From Candidatus Eiseniibacteriota bacterium (GTDB taxonomy: Bacteria > Eisenbacteria > RBG-16-71-46), in assembly GCA_963707915.1 (NCBI GenBank), contig OY970178.1:672001-736000 (forward strand): a stretch of 64,000 nt of DNA, in the 5' to 3' direction. The position numbers and the translations under genes were made by a program. A model generated the notes under the pieces. It made no database searches. It saw nothing but the letters and a program-made list of their open reading frames with translations, and was not told the DNA's origin. Each line of letters opens with the position of its first letter. Position 1 is the stretch's first letter. Shown here in pieces: positions 29,234 to 37,461 of this stretch.

Positions 29234-31419
29234 GCCAGGGAGATCCCGTGCACGTGTCCCCGAGACGTCGCCTTCTTCCCGCGTCCGCCGTGCTCCTCGC
29301 GCTCGCCCTTGCCGCCGTCCCGGTGACCGGCGCGCGGGCCTCGGACACCCAGTGGTGGGTCCTCGACAGTCCGTCCGACTACGCCAGGTCCGAGTCGCGC
29401 GGTATCGTCGTGCGCCCGGACGGCGCGCTCGAGACCGGGCCGCGCGCGACCTCCGCTCCGCTCGACAGCCTCACGGTCGTCTGGGCGGCCGTCGTGCTCA
29501 AGGACGGCTCGGTCGCGCTGGCGGGCGACCAGGGACGCATCCTGCGCTGGAGCCCCGGCGGGCCGGCCCGCCCGTGGGCCCGGGTCGCCGCGGGGCAGGT
29601 GCTCTCGCTGGCCGTGGACGGCGACGGCGTCGTGGCCGGCACCGGGCCCGAGGGGCTGGTCTACCGCGTCTCCGCGCGCGGCGACACGACGCTGCTGGCG
29701 CGCACCGGCGAGCGCTACGTCTGGGGCCTGGCGCGCGCCGACGGCGCCGCCTGGTACGCCGCGACCGGCTCGAAGGGCCGCCTGCTGCGCATCGAGAGCG
29801 GGAAGGCCCGCATCCTCGCGGACACCGACGAGAGCAACCTGGTCTCGATCCTCGCGGACGGCCACGGCGGGGTGTTCGCGGGCGGCGACTCCAAGGGCCG
29901 CGTCTACCACGCGCTCGCCGACGGCTCGATCCGCACGGTGTTCGACGCCAGCGAGGACGAGGTCCGCGCCCTCGCCTTCGGTCCGGACGGCGCCCTCTAC
30001 GCGGCGGCCTTGAGCACCCCGGGCACGACCGAGGAAGAGAAGGCCGGGACACCCGCGCCGGTGGAGAGCGCCCCGGCGGGCGGACGGGCGACGCTCTACC
30101 GCATCGTCCCGGACTCCTCGGCGATGGCATGGTGGACTTCGCCGCAGTCGCTCGTCTTCGCCCTCGCCGGGGCGGGTGGGGCCTCCGGGGAACGCAGGGG
30201 GCTGGTCGCGGCCACCGGGAGCCGGGCGGCCGTGTACCTGGTCGAGCGCGCCGGCGGCGCGACCCAGTGGCTCGCCAGCCCCGCCGGGCAGGTCACGGCC
30301 CTGGCAGCGGGCCCGGATGGCCGCTTCTACGCCGCGACCTCGAACCCGGCCACAGTGTGGCAGCTCGGCCCCGATCCCGCGCCGCGGGGCGAGCTGCTCT
30401 CCCAGGCCCTCGACGCGCGCCGCGTCGCGCGCTTCGGACAGCTCCGGTGGCGGGGGGACGCCGCCGGGGGCCGGGTCTCGGTCGGCACGCGCAGCGGCAA
30501 CACGGACGAGCCCGATTCGACCTGGGGACCGTGGGCCCCGGTGACCGGCGGCGAACACGGTGGCGCGATCCGCTCCCTGCCCGCGCGCTACCTGCAGTGG
30601 CGGGTCGTGTTCGAAGGCGGCCACCCGCGGGTCGAGTCGGTCGAGGCCGCCTGGCGGGAGCAGAACCAGGCACCCCGGGTCGAGGACGTGCTGGTCTCGC
30701 CCCAGGGGGGAGCGTTCCGCGAGGGCGAGCTCCAGCCCCGCATGGACGCCGTCACCCAGACGTTGCCCGGCGGGCAGCGCGTCGAGTACAGCGCCCCGTC
30801 CGCCACCACGCCGGCCCGGTTGCGCGACCTGCCGATGTGGGCCCGCGGACTTCGGACGGTCCAGTGGCGGGCGAGCGACCCCAACGGCGACCCGCTGCGC
30901 TTCCGACTCGACGTCCGGCCCGAGCCCGCCGGGCCCTGGACCCCGGTCGCGAAGGACCTCGAGCAGACGAACCACACCTGGGACACGAGCGCGCTGCCCG
31001 ACGGGCGTTACCGCCTGCGGGTGACGGCCAGCGACGCGGACGGCAACGCAGTGGGCGAGGAGCTGCGCATCGAGGCCCTCAGCCAGCCCTTCACGCTCGA
31101 CAACACGCCACCGCTCGTCACCGACCTGGAGGCGCGCGGCGAGGCCGGTGCCGTGGTCGTGACCGGCAGGGCCGAGGACGCGGTGGGCCCGCTCCAGCGC
31201 ATCGAGGTTTCGCTCGACGACGCGGGCTGGCGCGCGGTGACGCCCGAGGGCGGGTTCACCGACCAGGCCGCGCACTCGTTCCGCGTCCGGCTGGAGGACG
31301 TGGCCCCGGGTGATCACACCGCCAGCGTGCGCGTGGTGGACCTCTCGGGCAACCCCGCCGTGCGGTCCGTGCGTGCCACGGTGCCGGCCCGGGCGGGCCC
31401 AGCGCCCCCGGGCCGCTGA
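29230..31419 (+). CDS. Exported beta-propeller (WD40/NHL-like) protein with C-terminal FN3/Ig-like domains
   Basis: Signal peptide; repeated blade motifs (VWGLA, YAATG..G, VRALAFGPDGALYAA, VTALAAGPDGRFYAAT); WRASDPNGD, WDTSALPDGRYRLRVTASD, DNTPP; ATGA-coupled to the S55 gene. Confidence 0.85.
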   Translation: MSQGDPVHVSPRRRLLPASAVLLALALAAVPVTGARASDTQWWVLDSPSDYARSESRGIVVRPDGALETGPRATSAPLDSLTVVWAAVVLKDGSVALAGDQGRILRWSPGGPARPWARVAAGQVLSLAVDGDGVVAGTGPEGLVYRVSARGDTTLLARTGERYVWGLARADGAAWYAATGSKGRLLRIESGKARILADTDESNLVSILADGHGGVFAGGDSKGRVYHALADGSIRTVFDASEDEVRALAFGPDGALYAAALSTPGTTEEEKAGTPAPVESAPAGGRATLYRIVPDSSAMAWWTSPQSLVFALAGAGGASGERRGLVAATGSRAAVYLVERAGGATQWLASPAGQVTALAAGPDGRFYAATSNPATVWQLGPDPAPRGELLSQALDARRVARFGQLRWRGDAAGGRVSVGTRSGNTDEPDSTWGPWAPVTGGEHGGAIRSLPARYLQWRVVFEGGHPRVESVEAAWREQNQAPRVEDVLVSPQGGAFREGELQPRMDAVTQTLPGGQRVEYSAPSATTPARLRDLPMWARGLRTVQWRASDPNGDPLRFRLDVRPEPAGPWTPVAKDLEQTNHTWDTSALPDGRYRLRVTASDADGNAVGEELRIEALSQPFTLDNTPPLVTDLEARGEAGAVVVTGRAEDAVGPLQRIEVSLDDAGWRAVTPEGGFTDQAAHSFRVRLEDVAPGDHTASVRVVDLSGNPAVRSVRATVPARAGPAPPGR

Positions 31420-31444
31420 CCGGGCCGACCGGAGAGACACGGCC

Positions 31445-31867
31445 ATGCAGATCCAGCCCACCCGCTACGGGTACGCCGTCAGGATCGAGACCGGCGAGGA
31501 GATCATCGCCTCGCTGGCCGGGTTCGCCCGCCGCGAGAACGTCCGCGCCGGGCTCATCTCCGGGCTGGGGGCGGTCGGGGAGTGCGAGCTGGGCTTCTTC
31601 ATCCGCTCCACGAAGGAGTACGTCCGCCGCGTGTTCACCGGCGAGCACGAGATCGGCTCGCTCACCGGCAACTTCAGCGAGCTGGACGGGGAGCCGTTCC
31701 CGCACTGCCACGTCCTGATCGCAGGGGAGGACCTCGTCGCCTGGACCGGGCACCTGTTCCGTGGCGTCGTCACGGTGACCTGCGAGGTCCAGGTCGTGAC
31801 GGACCCCGGAACGCTGCGGCGGGTGCGCCGGCCGGACCTGGGCTTCAACCCGCTCGAGCTGGGATGA
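31445..31867 (+). CDS. PPC/DUF296-domain protein
   Basis: VRIETGEEI, GLGAV, EIGSLTGN, PFPHCHVL, GHL..G.V.VTCEV. Confidence 0.9.
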   Translation: MQIQPTRYGYAVRIETGEEIIASLAGFARRENVRAGLISGLGAVGECELGFFIRSTKEYVRRVFTGEHEIGSLTGNFSELDGEPFPHCHVLIAGEDLVAWTGHLFRGVVTVTCEVQVVTDPGTLRRVRRPDLGFNPLELG

Positions 31868-31891
31868 GCAGGAGGCACGCTCCGCGAACCC

Positions 31892-31900
31892 TGCTATAAT
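31892..31900 (+). promoter_or_regulatory. Consensus extended -10 element (TGnTATAAT) pointing antisense into pgeF
   Basis: TGCTATAAT between the convergent DUF296 and pgeF genes. Confidence 0.45.
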
Positions 31901-31933
31901 CGGCGCCGCCCTTTGCGCCCGTGCGGGCCGCGC

Positions 31934-32689
31934 TCAGGCGCGCAGGGCCGCGAGGCCCCAGTGGCGCCCGGTGAGACCGGCGTCGCGGCGGTGGGAGAAG
32001 TACCGCGTGCGCTCGCAGCAGGTGCAGGCGCCGACGTCCTCGAGGGCTTCCGCGGGGAGGCCGGCGTCGGTCAACTGGACGCGGGCGGCACCCGGCAGGT
32101 CGAGATGCAGGCGGCCGTCCACGGTCCTCACGGCCGAGGCGGGGAAGCGCCGGGCGACGTCGGGGCCGACTTCGTAGCAGCAGGCGCGGATGCACGGCCC
32201 GATGGCCACTCGCACCGCCGCCGGCGGCACGCCGCCGGCGGCGCAGAGGGCGTCCAGGGTGGCGGCGGGAAGGCCGGCGGCGGCTCCGCGCCAGCCGGCG
32301 TGTGCGGCGGCAACCGCGCCCGGGGCGGAGTAGAGCAGGCTCATGCAATCGGCGGTCGCGACGGCGAGGACGACGCCGCGCGAGAGGGTCAATAGCGCGT
32401 CGCAGCCGGGCTCGTGCCCGGGGCGCGAGACGGAACGGATGGAGACCCCGTGGACCTGGCCGGCGGTGGCGAGGTTCGCGGGATCGAGCCCCAGGCTCTC
32501 GAGCAGGCGGCGGCGGTTCTCGAGCACGGATTCGGCCCGGTCGCCGCAGGAGAGCCCGAGGTTGAGCGTGTCCCAGGGCGGGAGGCTCATCCCGCCAAGC
32601 CGCGTCGAGAAGGCGAACACGCGGGCCGGGTCGGCGGGCGCCGGGCGCCAGCCGGGCACGGTCGCGGCGGAATCGAAGGTCCAGGTCAC
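31934..32689 (-). CDS. pgeF: PgeF/YfiH family (laccase-domain purine nucleoside phosphorylase)
   Basis: FSTRLGG, LNLG, QVHG, DAL, TADC, AHAGWRG, IGPCI..CCYEVG, YFSHRR. Confidence 0.92.
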   Translation of the reverse strand: MTWTFDSAATVPGWRPAPADPARVFAFSTRLGGMSLPPWDTLNLGLSCGDRAESVLENRRRLLESLGLDPANLATAGQVHGVSIRSVSRPGHEPGCDALLTLSRGVVLAVATADCMSLLYSAPGAVAAAHAGWRGAAAGLPAATLDALCAAGGVPPAAVRVAIGPCIRACCYEVGPDVARRFPASAVRTVDGRLHLDLPGAARVQLTDAGLPAEALEDVGACTCCERTRYFSHRRDAGLTGRHWGLAALRA

Positions 32690-32755
32690 AGCTCCGCACG
32701 CTAGTGAAGGGCGCGCGGCAGCGTCAAGGCGGCGGTCAGGAAGGGAGAGTTCCGG

Positions 32756-35719
32756 ATGAACGAGTCCAGGTGGCGGACCGTGGCGGCGGTGGTGGCGGTG
32801 TCGGCGATGGCCGCATGCATCGCGGGCGCGCAGGTCGCGCCGCGGGCCCCGGCCGCGCCTCCGGCCGCTGCGACCGTGGGCGACCTGCGTATCGCGCAGG
32901 CCGAGCTCGATCGGCGCGGGCAGATGACGATCTCGGACTACAAGGCCCGCACGGGCAGCGACCTGCCGGCCGAGTTCCAGCCCCTCATGCGCCGCCAGAT
33001 CCTCGAGAGCCTCATCCGCCGCGACCTGCTCACGCTCGAGGCCAGGCGCCGCGGGCTGCTGGCCAGCGAGCAGGAGGCCGAGGCCCAGCTCAAGAAGGAC
33101 CCGTTCTTCCAGGTGAACGGGCGTTTCGATCCCGCGCGATACGAGGCGGCCCGTCTCCAGAACCCCGCCCTGCTGGCGAGCACCCTGCAGAACCTGCGGG
33201 CGACCCTCGGCGCGCAGGTTCTCATCGAGCGGGTGCAGAAGGAGAAGGCGCCGGGCGAAGCCCGGCTGCGCGCCCGGGCCGCCCGCGCGCTCACCCGCGC
33301 CTCCATCGACTACCTCGCCTTCCGCACTCCCGATTTCGACGACACGCCGACCGAGCCGCGCGAGATCGACGTGCTGAACGAGTATCGCGCCCATGCCGCC
33401 GACTACCTCCAACCGGCGCGCGCCGTGCTTTCCATCGTCTTCGTCGATCAGCCGGAGCTCCCCGCCGCCGAGGCTGCGGCCCCGGCGGCGCTCGCGGCCT
33501 GGAGCGCCCGCATGAAGCAGCGCGCCGACAGCGTCCTTGCCGCGGTCGCCGGTGGCGCGACGCTGGAGACGGCCTCGGTGGACCTCGGCGGCCCGCGCCC
33601 GAACCAGGTCGTCCTGCCCGGCAACTTCCCGGGCTACTGGCGCGGCGACCCCGCGACGAACGCCGCCCTCTTCGCGTCCCCGGCCGGCACCGTCCTGCCC
33701 CGGCCGGTACCGGCGCAGAAGGGCTGGCTGGTCGTGCGTACCGACGAGGTCGAGCCGGCCCACACGCGGCCGCTCGAGGAGGTCGCCCGCGAGATCCGTT
33801 CGCGGCTGCGCTCCGGGCAGCGCGCGGCGCTCGATGAGCGCGAGCTCCGGGCACTGTACGGCGAGGTGCGGGACAGCCTGAAGGTGACGGCGTATCGGCT
33901 GCGATACGCCGTCGCCGACACCGCCGTCGTCGCGGTCGCCCGGCCGACCGCGGCGGAGGTCGAGCGGTACTACCGCGGTCACCTGGCCGACTATTCCTCG
34001 TTCAGCAGCCGGACGGGAGGCGTCGTGGCCCGGAGTCTCGACGAGGTGGAGGGCGACGTGCGGGCGCGGATGCTGAGCGAGCGCCGGTTCGAGCAGTCCC
34101 GCGTGCTCGCGAGCCAGCTGGCCGACACCTGGGCGCGCGGCCGGCGGGACGCGGCGCTCGAGCGGCGGTTGCGGACATGGGACGGTGACCCGGTCGTCCC
34201 GGGCCTGCCGGCGGATAGCGGGAGCCTGGGGGCGATGCTGGGGGACACGCTGGCGGGCCGCGCGGGCGCGCTCGGGTCCGGCCTCGCTCGTGCCACGCGG
34301 GGTTGGGTCGCGTTCGACATCTACCAGGAGGTCCCGGGACACGTGCCGTCGTTCGAGCAGGCCCGCAAGGACCTCGCGGACCGCCGGGCCGCGCGGCGGC
34401 TCGCGCGCGAGGAGGAGGGGGCGCGACGGCTCTACGATTCCTCGCCGCAGCGATTCACCGGGGCACCCGTCATCCACTATTCGCGCGCGTTCGTGCCCAT
34501 CCCGAAGGCGCTCACGATCCACCTCACGCGGGCGGAGGTCGAACGGTTCCACCGCGACCACATGGATCTCTTCTCGGCCCCCGAGTTGGTGCGCGCGAGC
34601 CACATCCTCATCAGCCCGCGCGACTCGACGCCGGCGGCCGACCGCGAGGCCCGGGCCCGGGCCGACAGCCTGCTCGCCCGCCTGCGCGAGGGTGAGGACT
34701 TCGCGGAGATGGCGGCGCGGGTGACCGACGACCCGGCCACGAAGGATACCGGCGGGGATCTCGGCACGTTCGGACGCGGCGCGATGCTGCCCGAGATCGA
34801 GCGCGCCGCGTTCGCGATGCGTCCCGGGGACCTGAGCCCCGCGCCGGTCCGCAGCCCGGTCGGCTATCACCTCATCAAGACGCGGGAATACGTGCCGATG
34901 GTCGCGCAGCCCCTGGCGCACATCTACTCCGACGTCGCCGAGATGGCGGCCGAGCAGAAGGCGGACTCCGTGGCGGCCCGGCGCGCCGACAGCCTGCTGC
35001 GCGTCCTGAAGAACGCCGGCCAGGCGCGCGAGGCGGCGAGGCGCATGGACCTCACGACCTACTCCTACCAGTACTCGATCGGCGAGTGGAGCAAGAACCC
35101 GCCGAACCTCCAGGCCTACTACCAGCAGCTCGAGCGGCTGGCGGTCGGGCAGCTCGTCCCGCTGCACCCCCGGATCGGCGCACTGGGCTACGCGGTGACC
35201 TGGGTGGACAGCATCAGCCCGCCCGGCCCGGCGAGCTGGGAGAACGCCCGTGACCGGGCGCTCGAGGCCTACCGTGCCGACGGGGCCCTGCGCACGCTCA
35301 CGGCCAAGCGGGTCGAGCTGGATTCCCTCCTGCAGGGCGGCTGGTCGTTCGACAGCATCGGCGCGCTCTGGGGCGGACTGCGGCACGCCGCGGACGTCGC
35401 TCCGGGCCAGACCATCGCCGGGATCGGCACCAGCGGCGCGGTGGACACGTTGATCTTCGGGCTCCACGGCACCGACGGTCTCGCGCCCGGCGTCCTCAGC
35501 GACTGGGTCACGCTCCCGGCCGGAGTCCTTCGCCTGCGCACGAAAGAGATCCGGCCGCCGGACGCGGGCGCCCTGACGACCCGGGTGGAGACCGAGCGCC
35601 GGACCGAGACGGAGCGTGCGCTGGTCGGCTTCTTCGAGGACCTCAAGAAGCGCTACCCCGTGCGGATCCTGGACCGCGGGCTGCGCGACGTGACGTTGCC
35701 TCCGCCGCCCACGCGCTGA
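32756..35719 (+). CDS. Large SurA/PpiD-like periplasmic chaperone / parvulin peptidyl-prolyl isomerase
   Basis: Signal peptide; SurA-N-like region; intact parvulin domain (VRASHILI, FAEMAARVTDD, GGDLG, PVRSPVGYHLIK) plus degenerate repeats. Confidence 0.85.
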   Translation: MNESRWRTVAAVVAVSAMAACIAGAQVAPRAPAAPPAAATVGDLRIAQAELDRRGQMTISDYKARTGSDLPAEFQPLMRRQILESLIRRDLLTLEARRRGLLASEQEAEAQLKKDPFFQVNGRFDPARYEAARLQNPALLASTLQNLRATLGAQVLIERVQKEKAPGEARLRARAARALTRASIDYLAFRTPDFDDTPTEPREIDVLNEYRAHAADYLQPARAVLSIVFVDQPELPAAEAAAPAALAAWSARMKQRADSVLAAVAGGATLETASVDLGGPRPNQVVLPGNFPGYWRGDPATNAALFASPAGTVLPRPVPAQKGWLVVRTDEVEPAHTRPLEEVAREIRSRLRSGQRAALDERELRALYGEVRDSLKVTAYRLRYAVADTAVVAVARPTAAEVERYYRGHLADYSSFSSRTGGVVARSLDEVEGDVRARMLSERRFEQSRVLASQLADTWARGRRDAALERRLRTWDGDPVVPGLPADSGSLGAMLGDTLAGRAGALGSGLARATRGWVAFDIYQEVPGHVPSFEQARKDLADRRAARRLAREEEGARRLYDSSPQRFTGAPVIHYSRAFVPIPKALTIHLTRAEVERFHRDHMDLFSAPELVRASHILISPRDSTPAADREARARADSLLARLREGEDFAEMAARVTDDPATKDTGGDLGTFGRGAMLPEIERAAFAMRPGDLSPAPVRSPVGYHLIKTREYVPMVAQPLAHIYSDVAEMAAEQKADSVAARRADSLLRVLKNAGQAREAARRMDLTTYSYQYSIGEWSKNPPNLQAYYQQLERLAVGQLVPLHPRIGALGYAVTWVDSISPPGPASWENARDRALEAYRADGALRTLTAKRVELDSLLQGGWSFDSIGALWGGLRHAADVAPGQTIAGIGTSGAVDTLIFGLHGTDGLAPGVLSDWVTLPAGVLRLRTKEIRPPDAGALTTRVETERRTETERALVGFFEDLKKRYPVRILDRGLRDVTLPPPPTR

Positions 35720-35973
35720 TGGGAGCAGCGGGCGCCAGGGTCTCCCGGGACCGGGCGCCCGCTGGACCGGCGTCTCCGGCCGCCCGGGGGACAGCACCCG
35801 GACCCGCGGACGATACCGCCATTCCGCAACCCCCCCGGCTCCACGTCGTGCGCGATGCCCGGCCGCGTTCGCTCCGGCTCGGCCGAAAGGGCGGCCGAAC
35901 CGCGGACTGCGGGAGCCCGGCCCGTGGTACGGTCCCTGCATTCGCCGTAGCGGCCCTGGGCCAGGAGCTCTCC

Positions 35974-37305
35974 GTGACTTCATCCGCGACGACGTCCAAC
36001 GAGTCCATCCCCAAGCGGGTCGTGCTGGTCGACTTCGACTGGCGCGACGCCGACCTGATGCCCGAGCTGCTGGCGCGGCCGGGGCTCTCGGTACGCCTGG
36101 TGGCGGGCCCGGCGGGGGACGGGCCGGGGCTGAAGATGGCCGAGCTCTGCGAGCTGCCGCGCACCACGGACCTGGCGGACCTGACCCGCGAGATCTTCGA
36201 TCTGGCCATCGTGAGCGAGCGGAGCCCGCGGCGCACGCAGGTCGAAGGCCTGCTGCTCGCGCTGGGCACCCCCTGCGTCTCGCCCGAGTCCCTGCTGCAC
36301 GGGACCGACCTGGAGCACGCCCACACCCCCGGCGTCGAGGCGCCGCTCGCACTGCACGCGATCGCGCTGGAGAACGCCCTGGGCGGAGCGGAGTTCGATG
36401 CGCTGATCGAGCACGCGCTCCCGGACATCGGCGAGGGCGGTACGACCGCCCCGCGGGAGGTAGCGCCCATCGGACGCTCCGAGCTGCAGGTGCGAAGCCT
36501 CGCGGAGTTCCCCTCGATCGAGGACCGGCAGGGGCTCGAGCGGGCGCTCGCCGATCTCGCCAACGGCACCGGGGCGCGGTCGGCCGAGATGCGCGCGGGC
36601 CGCTCCGGAGCGGTCCAGTTGCTGGCGCGCGTCGGGGAAGAGGACACGCTGCTCGCCGGCCTGATCGACCTCGCCTTGAGCGAGAACACGCCCCAGGTGA
36701 TCACGCGCCTGACGGGGCCGCAGGAGGGCAAGGCCTGGGGGGCGTGGCCGTTCCGCACCACGCGCAGCCACGGAGTGATCGCGGCCGCCGCCATCGACCC
36801 GGCCTCGGGCTGGACGACGTGGCAGCAGACCGTCGAGGACCTGCGCCAGGCCTGGGACCAGCGCGACCGCGAACAGGTGGTCCCGGCCTTCCCGCTCGTG
36901 CCGGAGGACCAGCACGGGTGGCTCGACCTCGAGGGCTTCCGCTCCGCGCTCTCGCTCGCGGTCGCGCGCAACCAGCGCGACGGGCTCGCCTTCGCCGCGC
37001 ACCACTTCGAGTTCGCGGACCACGTGGAGGCGCTGGCCTGGCTGTGCGAGCGGCTCCCGTCACAGCTGCGCGACACCGACCGGCTGTTCCGGCCCCGGCA
37101 GAACGTCGTCGTGATGCTCACGGCCTGCTCGCTCGTGGCCTTCGGACCGGTGCGGCGGCGCATCGCGGCGCTCTGGGAGGCGGCATGGCGGGAGGGCGGT
37201 GGCTCCCTGCCGGCCCCCGTGCCGGCCGAGGACCGCGTCCAGGTCGCCACGCCCGCCGAGGCGGAGCGCTTCCTGGCCACCGCCAGCGGCTGGCTGGCTC
37301 CGTAG
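35974..37305 (+). CDS. Hypothetical signalling protein: N-terminal Rossmann-like domain, C-terminal degenerate GGDEF-like domain
   Basis: SD AGGAG plus GTG 35974; coding-like codon bias; C-terminal GWLD..GFRSALSLAVARNQRDG...QLRDTDRLFR without the GGDEF residues. Confidence 0.65.
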   Translation: MTSSATTSNESIPKRVVLVDFDWRDADLMPELLARPGLSVRLVAGPAGDGPGLKMAELCELPRTTDLADLTREIFDLAIVSERSPRRTQVEGLLLALGTPCVSPESLLHGTDLEHAHTPGVEAPLALHAIALENALGGAEFDALIEHALPDIGEGGTTAPREVAPIGRSELQVRSLAEFPSIEDRQGLERALADLANGTGARSAEMRAGRSGAVQLLARVGEEDTLLAGLIDLALSENTPQVITRLTGPQEGKAWGAWPFRTTRSHGVIAAAAIDPASGWTTWQQTVEDLRQAWDQRDREQVVPAFPLVPEDQHGWLDLEGFRSALSLAVARNQRDGLAFAAHHFEFADHVEALAWLCERLPSQLRDTDRLFRPRQNVVVMLTACSLVAFGPVRRRIAALWEAAWREGGGSLPAPVPAEDRVQVATPAEAERFLATASGWLAP

Positions 37306-37391
37306 CCTCGAAGGCCGTCCCCCGGCGCGGCGACCGGCGATCCGCCGCCCGCCAGCCCATCCTTCCATCCCGCAGGACTGCGACGGCGCAG

Positions 37392-37400
37392 TTATCCACA
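37392..37400 (+). promoter_or_regulatory. DnaA box upstream of mutL
   Basis: Perfect TTATCCACA, 8 nt before a TTGACC -35-like hexamer (37409-37414). Confidence 0.6.
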
Positions 37401-37461
37401 GCTCGTTCTTGACCGGGCTTCCGGCGGTCGGGTATTGCTCCGCCCCTCAAGCGGAGGCCCG

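Noticed and set aside
32690..36352. N-terminal part of the 1472-aa minus-strand ORF 31934-36352
   Set aside because: Antisense shadow of the foldase gene; only the last ~251 aa (PgeF) are real. Long stop-free shadow ORFs are expected at this GC content.
37306..37461. Replication origin
   Set aside because: Only one DnaA box, no AT-rich unwinding element, and no dnaA/dnaN/gidA nearby.
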